A program made the translations under genes and the position numbers. This document shows, one piece after another, positions 24,975-34,872 of a stretch of DNA of 35,115 bases. The stretch covers positions 1 through 35,115 of IMG/VR virus record IMGVR_UViG_3300046057_000054. One strand, given 5' to 3'. The stretch is from a virus. Lineage: Duplodnaviria > Caudoviricetes. The notes under the pieces are model-generated. The model made no database searches. It worked only from the letters and a program-made list of their open reading frames with translations, and had not been told where the DNA came from. How positions within the stretch are numbered: the stretch's first letter is position 1; the number at the start of each line of letters is the position of its first letter.

Positions 24975-25457
24975 ATGCCCGGATTTGCCTTTCCCGGCGG
25001 CATCGAGACCGTCGAAATCGCCGACGCCGAAGACTTCGACACGGCCACCAACGCCAACTTCGCCATCACCGTCGACCGCACCTCCATTGCGGCGGAGGGC
25101 TTCGACATCCCCGAGCCGGAGGCCGTGACGGCCGCCCTCGCCGACGACCGCGAGGTGCGCCTGGGCGTCGACCAGTCCCTGAGCCTGCGCTTCACCGACC
25201 TGGACAGCGCCGACTTCGACTCGCTCGAAGCGGCGGCCAATGGCGGTACGGAGGTGTTCGTGCGGATCACCTCCACGCAGAAAGACGGCAACGGCAACCC
25301 GCGCTGGCAAGTGGTCTACAATCGCGTGATCCTGAGCCATGTCGCGCACGGCCCGGCCAACGCCGACCGTTCCACCTACGGCGTCGTGATCGTCGACGGG
25401 ATGACCACCGGCGGCACCACGGCCGACATCTATTCGATCACGCAGAATAGCGCGTAG
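24975..25457 (+). CDS. Probable major tail (tube) protein
   Basis: 160 aa, beta-rich and acidic; two genes upstream of the tape measure. Confidence 0.55.
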   Translation: MPGFAFPGGIETVEIADAEDFDTATNANFAITVDRTSIAAEGFDIPEPEAVTAALADDREVRLGVDQSLSLRFTDLDSADFDSLEAAANGGTEVFVRITSTQKDGNGNPRWQVVYNRVILSHVAHGPANADRSTYGVVIVDGMTTGGTTADIYSITQNSA

Positions 25458-25494
25458 GGTGCCCGGCGCTGGTACTGGAGCGCGCCCCTGACCG

Positions 25495-26001
25495 ATGACC
25501 GTGTCCCTCGACGTGCGGGAGCCGACGTGGGCCGCCTTCGAGGCCGCCTGCGAGGCGCTCGGGCAGCACCCCGACGACGTGCTGGCCGGCAGCGAGGCGG
25601 CGCCGGCGGCATCGGCGCCCGTGGTGGTGCAGCCCGGGCAGGCCGAGGCGCTGCTCGGAGCGCTCTTGGAAGAGCCTCTCGAGAAGGGCGGCGGCGCGGC
25701 GGCGCTCGAGGCGCTCGAGGACCTGGAGGCGGCGCAGCTGGCGTGGGGGGCCTTCCATTCGGGCGTGCAGGCGCACGCGTCGCGCGCGATGGCCCGCACG
25801 AAGCGCCACGCCGACCGCTGCGGCGTGTGGGGCGTCATGCAGCGGCAGGCCGGCGGCGGCCCCAGCCTGGCGCGCGTGCTGGCGGGAATGGACCCGACCG
25901 ACGCGCAGGCCCTGCGCGAGATGCCGCTCGAGGAGATGCTTTCGTTCTTCGGGCTGCGGGGCGTCTCGGAGATTAGCGACAACTTAGACGAATACTTGTA
26001 A
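25495..26001 (+). CDS. Probable tail assembly chaperone
   Basis: Helical protein between the tube and tape measure genes. Confidence 0.45.
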   Translation: MTVSLDVREPTWAAFEAACEALGQHPDDVLAGSEAAPAASAPVVVQPGQAEALLGALLEEPLEKGGGAAALEALEDLEAAQLAWGAFHSGVQAHASRAMARTKRHADRCGVWGVMQRQAGGGPSLARVLAGMDPTDAQALREMPLEEMLSFFGLRGVSEISDNLDEYL

Positions 26002-26024
26002 AGACTCATACCTGGTAAGCGATT

Positions 26025-29000
26025 ATGGCCACGCGCGACCTGACCGTAGAAGTCAGCGTAAAGGGCGGCAAAACCGCCACGTATCAGCTGCGTGCGGCCG
26101 ACGAAGAAGTGGAGAACCTGAAAGAGAGCGGCACCCAGACGGGCGAGGCGCTGGGGAACGCGCTGGAGGAGAGCGCCGACGCGGCCGACGACCTCGGCGA
26201 CGCGGCGGAGAGCGCGGGCCGCCGCTTCGACTCCTTGAGCGAGGGGGCCAGCGAGCTGGGCGAGCGCCTGCGCAAAGGCGACTTCGGCGGCGCGGCCGAC
26301 AGCCTCAAGGGCATCGCGAAGTCCTTCCCCGTGGCGACGGCGGCGGTGGCCGGGAGCACGGCCGCAGCGGTCGGCGCGGGCGCGGCCTACGCGGGGGCCG
26401 CCTACCAGGCGGCTAATTTCGAGTCGGCCATGGTGGAGGTGCAAAAGACGACCGGCCTGGCGGACGAGAAGCTTTCCGTGCTGGGGGAGGAGATCCAGTC
26501 CCTGGCCGGGCGCCTGGGGATGGGCCAGCAGGAGCTCGCCCAGATCGCGGCGACGGCGGGGCAGCTCGGCATCGAGGGCACCGAAAACATTAGCGCCTTC
26601 ACCGAGACGGTCGCCAAGCTGACGAGCGTCACGGAGCTTTCCGCCGAAGAAGCCAGCGCCCAGATCGCGCGCATCGCCAACGCCTTCGAGATGCCGATCT
26701 CCGAGGCGGAGAATTTGGGGTCGGTGTTGAACGGGCTGAGCAATACCACCACGGCGAAAGCGGGCGACATCTCGAACGCCCTCTCGCGGGTCGGCTCTGC
26801 CGGGGCCTCCATCGGGCTGACCGCCGACGAGGTGGCCGCGCTGGGGGCCACGCTGATCGACACGGGCATCGGGGCGGAGCGCGCCGGTACCTCGATGCGG
26901 AACGTGTTCATCCGGCTCCAGAGCGAGGCGGAAAAGCTCGCCGACGTAGCGGGGATGACGCAGGAGGAGTTCTCGTCGCTGGTGCAGGACGACGCCCTCG
27001 AAGCGCTGCGGGCCTACCTCTCGGGGCTGGAGGACATCCCTGAGGCGCAACGGGCCATTAAAATAAAGGAGGTATTTGGTCAGGAGAACTTCCAGGCGGT
27101 GCAGAGCCTGTCGGAGCAGCTGGGCCTGATGAACGACAACCTGGAGCGCTCGGCGACGCTGAGCGAGGAAGGCACGTCGCTGAACGAGGAGTTCGGGAAG
27201 GCACTCGAAACGGTCAGCAAGCAGTGGGCGAAGCTGAAAGGGAACTTGCTGGACGTGGTGACGACAGTGGGACAGACGGCGCTGCCGGCCCTTCAGTCGC
27301 TGCTTTCGACAATCAACCGATTTTTCGATCCGGTCGGTAGCCTTCGGCAGGAGTTCGCGCGGCTACGCGGGGAGGTCGAGGCCGTCACGAAGCGCCAGCA
27401 GCTGCTGGATCGGTACAATCAGCTCGTGGCCAACGGCAAAAAAGGGACGGACGAGTTTCAGCGAGTCGTTTCCTCGCTATCGGAGGAGTTGCCTGACTAC
27501 GCTGTGAAGTGGAATAAGGCCGGTGAGGCTGTGGGGGTCTACGCTGACCAGGTACAGACGCTTATCTCCGCGCAGCGGCAGCAGGCGCGCATGGAGATGA
27601 TGGACAACCTCCAACAGCAAGCAGAGCGGTTTGCCGAGAACAAGAAGGCGCTCGAGCAAGCGCAGGCAGAGTACATAGACGCGATGGAGCGAAGGGCCAA
27701 ACAGCAGCAGATGGGGTCTTACCAAGAGATGCAGGAGGCCATCGAGCGTGGCGTAGACCCCGACGCGCCGATCTTCCACACGCTCAAGCAGATACGCGCC
27801 GATCTGGAGGAGGGCGAGAAAAAGACGACCGAGTTCAGCGCAGCGGTTGACGAGCTGGCGCGTAGCTTCGCGGTCTGGTACGACATCACCTCCCAACCGG
27901 GCACGGATGCTTACCGGCAGGACCTGGCCATGCTTTCGGAGGAGCTGGGGATCACCCATGAGATGGCAGGGAAGTTAATCGACCGGATGCGGACTCTCGG
28001 CGAAGGAGCGAATGAGGGCGGTGGGTCTGGAGGCTCCGGCGGTGGACTACGGAATGTCCTCGGCGGCCTTGAGGATGCCGCGGATGAGGCAAAAACGATG
28101 CTCGAAAAAGCACGCGAAGAGTTGGCCCGCTTCGAGGCGAAGCTATCGGAGGTTGAGTCATCAGACGACAGGCTACACCTGGCTACCCTGCGTCGGATGA
28201 CGGAGCAGACGCGCGAGCTCGTGGAGGCGCGCGAAGCGTATATCGAACTCCTCGCGCAGGGCCTTCCCGCCGCGCAAACCGCAGAGGAGAAACTGCCGGG
28301 CACCGAAGAGGGCGAAGACGGCACGAGCGAGCTTGAAAGGAACATACAGTCTGCCGTGCCCGACGCCCTGCCGACCGATCAGCTCGAGCAACTTCGCCAA
28401 GAGGTCGAAGACGCGCGCGAAGAGATGGAAGGGTTTGGGGACGATGTCTCCTCGACGATGGAACAAGTGGCTGATGTCTCTGCGCAAGCGGCCGGCGGCT
28501 TCGCGCAGGCGTTTCGGACGGCGTTTGAGGCCAGCGGAGGCAAGATTGAAGAATTCTGGCGGGCCTACCAGGCCTTGTCTATTGCTCAAACCATTGCGAG
28601 CACCTATTCAGCGGCAACGGCTGCCATTAGCCCGCCGCCGGTGGGATATGGGCCGACGCCTGCCGGCTACGCTGCCGCAGCTGCTGCGGTAGCGACCGGC
28701 CTGGCCAACGTGGCGCAGATCGCCAGCACCTCGCCGGGGGACTCCGGGGGCTCCGGCGGCGGCTCCAGCGGCGGCTCCAGCGGCGGGGGCGACGCGGCGC
28801 GTCGTCGCCCGCGCGGCTACGCGAAGGGGACCGACGCGGCGGAGTCTGGCTGGGCCCTCGTTGGCGAGGAAGGGCCGGAGATCGTGAACTTCGCGGGCGG
28901 CGAGAGCGTCGTCACCAACGAGAACACCCAAGCCCTCCTCAGCGCGATCGGCCAGACCGCCTCACAGACGGCGCGCCCGCGCGGGGGCGAGAGCGCGGCG

Positions 29001-29189
29001 GCGATGGAGTCGATGCGCGAGGAAGTCGAGGCGCTGCGGAAATCGGTGGAGGCGATGGAAGGCGCGGCGGACACGTTTACCAAGCGCCGCCCGAAAGCCC
29101 GCGTGGACGCCCGCGAAGTCCGGGGCGGCCTCGACCAGGTGGAGCGCGACGACAACGCGACCTTCGGAAAAACGAGCCGGGGGAGCTAA
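26025..29189 (+). CDS. Tail tape measure protein (TP901-like core)
   Basis: FESAMVEVQKTT...AGQLGI...AERAGTSMRN; C-terminal GYAKGT...LVGEEGPE. Confidence 0.9.
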   Translation: MATRDLTVEVSVKGGKTATYQLRAADEEVENLKESGTQTGEALGNALEESADAADDLGDAAESAGRRFDSLSEGASELGERLRKGDFGGAADSLKGIAKSFPVATAAVAGSTAAAVGAGAAYAGAAYQAANFESAMVEVQKTTGLADEKLSVLGEEIQSLAGRLGMGQQELAQIAATAGQLGIEGTENISAFTETVAKLTSVTELSAEEASAQIARIANAFEMPISEAENLGSVLNGLSNTTTAKAGDISNALSRVGSAGASIGLTADEVAALGATLIDTGIGAERAGTSMRNVFIRLQSEAEKLADVAGMTQEEFSSLVQDDALEALRAYLSGLEDIPEAQRAIKIKEVFGQENFQAVQSLSEQLGLMNDNLERSATLSEEGTSLNEEFGKALETVSKQWAKLKGNLLDVVTTVGQTALPALQSLLSTINRFFDPVGSLRQEFARLRGEVEAVTKRQQLLDRYNQLVANGKKGTDEFQRVVSSLSEELPDYAVKWNKAGEAVGVYADQVQTLISAQRQQARMEMMDNLQQQAERFAENKKALEQAQAEYIDAMERRAKQQQMGSYQEMQEAIERGVDPDAPIFHTLKQIRADLEEGEKKTTEFSAAVDELARSFAVWYDITSQPGTDAYRQDLAMLSEELGITHEMAGKLIDRMRTLGEGANEGGGSGGSGGGLRNVLGGLEDAADEAKTMLEKAREELARFEAKLSEVESSDDRLHLATLRRMTEQTRELVEAREAYIELLAQGLPAAQTAEEKLPGTEEGEDGTSELERNIQSAVPDALPTDQLEQLRQEVEDAREEMEGFGDDVSSTMEQVADVSAQAAGGFAQAFRTAFEASGGKIEEFWRAYQALSIAQTIASTYSAATAAISPPPVGYGPTPAGYAAAAAAVATGLANVAQIASTSPGDSGGSGGGSSGGSSGGGDAARRRPRGYAKGTDAAESGWALVGEEGPEIVNFAGGESVVTNENTQALLSAIGQTASQTARPRGGESAAAMESMREEVEALRKSVEAMEGAADTFTKRRPKARVDAREVRGGLDQVERDDNATFGKTSRGS

Positions 29190-29191
29190 CG

Positions 29192-31045
29192 ATGGCAAAG
29201 CAGTTTTACGACCGCTACGAAGGCGTCGTCGCTGGCCCGCCGGGGATGCAATGGCGTGTGGTCCTGCGGCGCCTGCAAGAGGGGCCCCCGAGCGAGGGCG
29301 TGCAGCCGCTGCGGGTGAGCGACGAGGGCTTCGTCTTCGAGCAGGGCGACTCGGGAAAAGACCGGCTCAACCACGGCGTGGAGCCGTCGCGGCTCCACCT
29401 CCGGGTGGCCGACCCGGACCTGGATGTGTACGAGATGCTGCGCGCTACGCCAGATCAAGAGCTGCGGTTGCAAATCGCTTCCGAGCCGGACGGCGCCTAC
29501 ACCTGGACGCTGACGCCGGCGCTTGAGACGCTAAGCCGGCCGTATTTTTTGGAGGAGTGGGGCGCGTACGCCTTCGATTTCTACGTCGCGTGCGGCCTGA
29601 AGGCGCTGGAAGACGTTACGGCCGATCCGCGTAACGACTGGCAGGGCACTGTTGAAGAAAACTTACGCCGACTGCGCGAAGCGCCCTTTCGGTACGAGCG
29701 TCCGCAGCAGGCTATCATTGAGCGGCGGCCGGTGGGCTGGGACGACGATGCAGTAGTGGGGGCTTTTCCGGAGGGGGTCTCCGTGCGTTCGATTGGAGCG
29801 AAAGCCGCGCGCTCTGGCGATGAGGAAGACCTGATTAGCGCAAAAGAGCAGCTCGAACGTCTCACGTCGATGACCGACACGCGCTTGCATCTCGACGCGC
29901 GCGATGAGTGGCGCGTCGAGCAGCTCCGCGCGGTGGGGCGCGCCTTCGACGAGGCCAGTCGGGTCGCCTCACGCAAGCAGGGCGTACAGACGTGGAACTA
30001 CAACAGCGTACCCGCCCGTCAGGTCGCGCCGGCGAAGCACGAAATCGACGCGGAGGCCACACTTACACCGCCGGAGCGCCTGTCCTCCGTCGAGATCAAG
30101 CGCGACCTGTCGTGGGCGGAGGAGGACATGCGAAGCCTCGTGCTCGACGGTGGTTTTGAGCGCACGGACGTGACTTCCTGGACGGGCACGGGCGGATACA
30201 CGACGCAGTCGGAGCACGTGCGCAGCGGGGCACGTGCGGCGAAATGCCAGGAGGGACAGCAGCTGCGCCAAGAAGTGGCGCGTCTATCGAGCGAAGAAGC
30301 GATCAGTCTTTATTTGACCGTCCGCTCGCGCCTCAGGCGCGGCTCCGGCGGCACGCGGCGGGCGCGCATTCGGCTCGTGGGCGTCGATGAAGAAACGGGG
30401 ACGCGCTACTGGTGGAACGAGGGGGTAGGGTGGCAGGATAGCGAGTCGAACGTGACCGTGCTGGAGGCGACGCTCGATGACTCAAACCCCACCGCCGGAT
30501 ACGACCAGGCCATTGTGAGCACCGCGCCTGCTCCGTTCACGGGGCCGGTGGATCTGGTGCTTCTCGGTCCGGCCGACTCTGGCGACAGCTCCGAGCCGGC
30601 CGCCTACTACGATGACATCCTGTGCCGGCTCGAACGCCCCGCTGATGACGGGAGCGGCCGGGTGCCGGCCCAGCAGTGGACGAGCGTCTACCACTATGCT
30701 CCGTGGGGGCAGACGATAGAGCGGGAGCGCACATATGCCAGTGCAGTGCTTGAGCCCGGGACGCCGAGCGTCCCGCCGCAGCCGTTGGTGGAGACCGAAG
30801 GGGCGGATGGCCTCGTCTGCGCCTTCGAGGACGGGCCGGGCGGGCCGCGCCATAAGCGCGTGGGGGACCTGGAGGCCGCTCGCGCCCGCCGGCTTTCCGA
30901 AGCGGACCTCCTGGAGGGCACCGTCCGGGCCCTCTGCCCTCTCGAATACGCCCTCCTCCTCTCTGACGGCACGCGCTGTGTGGCGCTTTCGGTAAAGATG
31001 AATCTGGCTCTCGGCACGACCGAGGGGAGGTGGCTGCTTCTATGA
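29192..31045 (+). CDS. Minor tail protein with CBM-like domain
   Basis: Follows the tape measure; LVLDGGFE....W......HVRSGARAAK...YYDDI. Confidence 0.55.
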   Translation: MAKQFYDRYEGVVAGPPGMQWRVVLRRLQEGPPSEGVQPLRVSDEGFVFEQGDSGKDRLNHGVEPSRLHLRVADPDLDVYEMLRATPDQELRLQIASEPDGAYTWTLTPALETLSRPYFLEEWGAYAFDFYVACGLKALEDVTADPRNDWQGTVEENLRRLREAPFRYERPQQAIIERRPVGWDDDAVVGAFPEGVSVRSIGAKAARSGDEEDLISAKEQLERLTSMTDTRLHLDARDEWRVEQLRAVGRAFDEASRVASRKQGVQTWNYNSVPARQVAPAKHEIDAEATLTPPERLSSVEIKRDLSWAEEDMRSLVLDGGFERTDVTSWTGTGGYTTQSEHVRSGARAAKCQEGQQLRQEVARLSSEEAISLYLTVRSRLRRGSGGTRRARIRLVGVDEETGTRYWWNEGVGWQDSESNVTVLEATLDDSNPTAGYDQAIVSTAPAPFTGPVDLVLLGPADSGDSSEPAAYYDDILCRLERPADDGSGRVPAQQWTSVYHYAPWGQTIERERTYASAVLEPGTPSVPPQPLVETEGADGLVCAFEDGPGGPRHKRVGDLEAARARRLSEADLLEGTVRALCPLEYALLLSDGTRCVALSVKMNLALGTTEGRWLLL

Positions 31046-34000
31046 GTGCCGATCCGACTACCTTTCGATGGGGCGGGTTTCGGGAGCTCGTCTTTTACAC
31101 GCCGGCGGGCGACGTGCACTCCGTGAAGGCGCGTATCAGCGGCGGCTCGGGCGGCGCTGGGGCGCACCCGGTGCGCGAGGTCATGGAGTACTTCCAGGGC
31201 GGCGACGGCACGAAGGCCGAGCTGCGCGCGAAGTGGAGCTATGAGCCGACGCTCGTATCCGAGGCAGACCTGCGCGTCCTGCGCTCCTGGCGGGCGGACG
31301 GGAAGCGCATCGGGGTGATCTGCCTCGGCGACACGCCGGCCAGCTGGCGCGAGCCGGTTCCGGTGCTGCTGACCGACGACGGCGGCGGGCGCGGGGCCTT
31401 CGCCGGCCAAAAGGTGGTGATGGAGACGCGGCGGCTGGAGGCCGACGTGCAGCGCGGCCCAGACTTCTTCGCGGGAGTCGATCTTTCGGGCGGCGCGGAG
31501 GTGGCTCTGCCAGTTGCGGGGATGCTGCTGCGCATCGAAGCGGCCACCGGGGGGGCGACCATAGATGTGGAGGCGCGGGCCTACGACGGGAGCGTGCTGC
31601 AAAGCGCAACGGCGGCGCCTGTAGTCTTCATGGAGTTGCCGGAAGGCACTTTCTACCTTTATGTCAGCGGGGCGAGCCGCGCCAGCCTCGAATCTCCGGC
31701 GTACTCCTTAGCCGCTGCCGCAAGATGGATCGTAGAGCAGCAACGAATCATTGACGTAACTGATCAGCACAGAGTTGAGTTGTCGGTTGACGATGAAGCG
31801 CTGCTCGACTATGACCCCTCGAGGGCGACGGGCGAGGAGACGGTCGCGGGGGGCGCGGTGCCGGACGACAGCTACGTACTTACCGAAGTCACACCATTGC
31901 GCCTCGACGACCCCTATCCGGTCCCTACCGGCTACGAGGGCCTTATTAAAGGGCACCTCGAAGACAGTGCAGGGGTGACGCTGACTGATGAGGGGGCGGC
32001 CACGCCCATCACCATAGATGATCCGGTGCCGGTCAAAGAGACTTGGGGTCGGCCGCTAAAGGGCTTCCTGCGCACCGACGCGGGGCTGCCTGAGCTCGAG
32101 CAGCGCTCGCTCGCCACGAAGGTCGTGGTGGACAGCTACACCCCCACTGCTGGCGAGAAGGTCACGCGCTCTGGGTCACCGCTCTACATCCCTTATGATT
32201 TTGAGGGACAGATCAAGGGCCATCTCGAAGGGGTGACGCATGTGGCCGACCGCTACAAGGTCGAGCTGTACTTTTTGAACGCGTACCGAGGGAGCGAAGC
32301 ATATGCTTACCAAGAGTATGTCTACGCCGACGCGAACGGCGACTTCACCATCCAAGCCGACCCCGCGCTTGCCTCCGGGTACGACGACGACGTGGGGAGC
32401 GGGCGTCCGGCCTTCCGCGTCTATGACGATACCGCCGGGGCGCACACGCCGGACGTGCCGTCTCGCGTCTTCTGGGGCGCAGACACGGAGCGCAAGTACC
32501 TCACCCAGTATTGGGTAGAGGGCTACAACATCACCGACAAGACGTACCGCCACACGGAAATGGACGGGCCGGTGCTGTACAACCGCGATGTTCAGGCTTG
32601 GGGAGCAAACGCCCATGGGCGGCGTCAGCTGCGCCTCGTCCATCGCGATGACGGTACGGAGGTAGGCGGCTACTGGACCAACCGCGTCAACGAAAAAAGC
32701 ATCTCGCCTTACGAAGTGCGATTTTCGCACTACATAAGCGAAGAATACGAGCAGCCGAGTCTCACGGTACGCCTCTTCACAGACGGCACGTGGGCGACCT
32801 ATCAAGACAATTCCAGCGACAACGCTGTTGAGTGGTGGGTCTATCTTTACGAGGCGGGTACAGACACGCAGGCGGTCAAGCCTTTCAAAGGCGAAACGCA
32901 TCTCTATGAAGAGCTCGAAATAATACTCGAAACGTGGCAGGGGCTCATCTACACGGAGGGGCCGCAAACGGTCGGTATAGACGAACGCTACAGTTTTGGA
33001 GGCATGTCGTCGGGGGAGGGCCCTATCGTTGTTAAGGCTCGTCAGACGCGCGATCTACAAGTAGTGGGGCAACTCTCTGGGCGCGGCGTGCTCCCCAGAA
33101 GCTACACACTCAAGGAAGGCGACTCGAACAAAGGCACGCGCTTCGAGAGCCGGGTCTACAGCTACGGCGCAGCCGAGGCGCTTCTCGTTGCCACCGGGCG
33201 CGGCGAGGAAAGGCGCGCGCATCGCTACGCGCAGGGGGTGCTCCAAATGCAGAATACTGGCCAGTACACAGGCAAAGACATTGACGCGACCGCCAGCTTC
33301 GGGTCTTTCTGCTGGTATACCGACCACTTCCGGCCAAAGAACTGGTGGGCCTACTACGACAACATGGTCTTTCGTTTGGCCACGGATGGATGGTGCGTCT
33401 ACGCGTTGGGCAAGTACCTCAAACGCTATCCCAACTCGCCGCACAAAGAGGAGGTCACGCGGGCGATTTACCGTGCCCTCGGCCGCATGGAGCGCCACCG
33501 CCACCAGACGGGGCACCCGTACTACGGTGGCGTTAAGTTCGGCTGGAATGAATGGGGCGGGCCGCCTGATTACGAATGGATCGAAGAGGAAAACCCAAAC
33601 GTCGGCTGGGAGGCGCATATCGAGGTGTGGCATTCGATGAACCTGTGCTACGAGATCTACGGGGACGAGCGTTTCCGGGCGGTGCGTGACCGAGCGAAGA
33701 CGACGATCCTCGAAGGCCTGTGGCACGACGGCGAGGAGGACAGACCTGACGACGAGCACGGCGGGGCGTGGCACATCAATGGCTTCTACATTGGCATCAA
33801 TGTCGACAATTCTTGGCATCCCGACTCTTGGTCCGCTATCTCCGACAACGACCACGCCAATTTAAATCGCACGGGCGACCATTGGTGGTGGGGCGGCGTC
33901 TTTCTGGAGGCAGTCGGCGAAGACGCCAAGCTCGAAAAGATGCAAAAAACCCTTTACCATTGGGAATCGACGACCCCGTCTGCACAGGCGACCGGCCAAG

Positions 34001-34398
34001 AGGTGAATGGCTACCGTGCACACTCCCCGTTCGGCGGCTACTCGGGGGCGCTCGACACAGTTTGGTATGAGGGCAGCTTCGGCGCGGCGCTTTACTTCTG
34101 GAGGATCGGGCAGACTGAAGATTATGAGGCGCTGATTGATGAGCTTCGAAAGGGGCAGTTCACGAGCGGGCCGCACGAGGGGGCTTTCCCATACCAAGAG
34201 CGGCCCGACGAGCAGTATCAGCTTTCAGACAACCCAAGCCTCTCCTCGACGGCATGGTCGATTTTTGCTACCGAACTCCGCGACTTCCTGTGGTCGGAAA
34301 AGGAGGTGAACACGCCGTCAGTGATCATGTCGCCGTTGCCGGAGCAACCTAACCTGACGGTAAGTCAAGACGCCGACTCCATTACACTCACTTGGTAG
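31042..34398 (+). CDS. Large tail/receptor-binding protein with six-hairpin glycosidase-like C-terminal domain
   Basis: ATGA overlap at 31042. Beta-rich repeats, then an aromatic helical domain (GWCVYALGKY, WEAHIE, VWYEGS, SLSSTAW). Confidence 0.6.
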   Translation: MSADPTTFRWGGFRELVFYTPAGDVHSVKARISGGSGGAGAHPVREVMEYFQGGDGTKAELRAKWSYEPTLVSEADLRVLRSWRADGKRIGVICLGDTPASWREPVPVLLTDDGGGRGAFAGQKVVMETRRLEADVQRGPDFFAGVDLSGGAEVALPVAGMLLRIEAATGGATIDVEARAYDGSVLQSATAAPVVFMELPEGTFYLYVSGASRASLESPAYSLAAAARWIVEQQRIIDVTDQHRVELSVDDEALLDYDPSRATGEETVAGGAVPDDSYVLTEVTPLRLDDPYPVPTGYEGLIKGHLEDSAGVTLTDEGAATPITIDDPVPVKETWGRPLKGFLRTDAGLPELEQRSLATKVVVDSYTPTAGEKVTRSGSPLYIPYDFEGQIKGHLEGVTHVADRYKVELYFLNAYRGSEAYAYQEYVYADANGDFTIQADPALASGYDDDVGSGRPAFRVYDDTAGAHTPDVPSRVFWGADTERKYLTQYWVEGYNITDKTYRHTEMDGPVLYNRDVQAWGANAHGRRQLRLVHRDDGTEVGGYWTNRVNEKSISPYEVRFSHYISEEYEQPSLTVRLFTDGTWATYQDNSSDNAVEWWVYLYEAGTDTQAVKPFKGETHLYEELEIILETWQGLIYTEGPQTVGIDERYSFGGMSSGEGPIVVKARQTRDLQVVGQLSGRGVLPRSYTLKEGDSNKGTRFESRVYSYGAAEALLVATGRGEERRAHRYAQGVLQMQNTGQYTGKDIDATASFGSFCWYTDHFRPKNWWAYYDNMVFRLATDGWCVYALGKYLKRYPNSPHKEEVTRAIYRALGRMERHRHQTGHPYYGGVKFGWNEWGGPPDYEWIEEENPNVGWEAHIEVWHSMNLCYEIYGDERFRAVRDRAKTTILEGLWHDGEEDRPDDEHGGAWHINGFYIGINVDNSWHPDSWSAISDNDHANLNRTGDHWWWGGVFLEAVGEDAKLEKMQKTLYHWESTTPSAQATGQEVNGYRAHSPFGGYSGALDTVWYEGSFGAALYFWRIGQTEDYEALIDELRKGQFTSGPHEGAFPYQERPDEQYQLSDNPSLSSTAWSIFATELRDFLWSEKEVNTPSVIMSPLPEQPNLTVSQDADSITLTW

Positions 34399-34408
34399 GC
34401 TACCGCGA

Positions 34409-34594
34409 ATGTCTTACAATGTCTATCGACGCAAAAAAGATGATGACGTCTGGACGCAGGTCGCGTCTGGCCTCGAGGTGCGCATGTACGATGACACGGA
34501 CGTGACAGAAAACGTCTACGAATATGCTGTGACCGAGGTCGTGGACGACATTGAGACGGTGAAGAGCAACATTGAGCGCGTCGATCATTCTTGA
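34409..34594 (+). CDS. C-terminal part of an FN3-like domain
   Basis: SYNVYRR....WTQVA......YDDTDV....YEYAVT.V....E...SN. Confidence 0.6.
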   Translation: MSYNVYRRKKDDDVWTQVASGLEVRMYDDTDVTENVYEYAVTEVVDDIETVKSNIERVDHS

Positions 34595-34645
34595 AGGAAG
34601 TACAAAAAAGACCTATTTGCGTATCCAAATGGCTCGCCTCTTGCC

Positions 34646-34840
34646 TTGTCCAGCGTGGATCACGTGATCGACCTACCAGCGGGCGTCAATGAGGTCTCGT
34701 GCTTCCTCGCGTCGGCGAGTCAGTCGATCCGCTACCGCCTCGCCGTGATCGCGACGGACGAGGAGCGGCTGGTCGTCGGCGGCTGGCGCTACGTGCCGGG
34801 CGCGCAGGAACCAACGTATATCGCCGACGCGGTGCGGTGA
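34646..34840 (+). CDS. Small hypothetical ORF or remnant
   Basis: TTG start, plausible composition; last ORF before the right end. Confidence 0.35.
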   Translation: MSSVDHVIDLPAGVNEVSCFLASASQSIRYRLAVIATDEERLVVGGWRYVPGAQEPTYIADAVR

Positions 34841-34872
34841 GGAGCGTCAACGCCGGATCAGCGACCTACCTG

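Noticed and set aside
25495-26024. Programmed tail-chaperone frameshift
   Set aside because: No clear XXXYYYZ slippery site and no room for a second ORF before the tape measure.
21705-27050. Long minus-strand ORFs (739 and 803 aa) and similar antisense ORFs elsewhere
   Set aside because: They are mirror frames of real genes in high-GC DNA and have no motifs.
28735-28790. GGCGGCTCCAGC repeats in the tape measure gene
   Set aside because: They simply encode a Gly/Ser linker.
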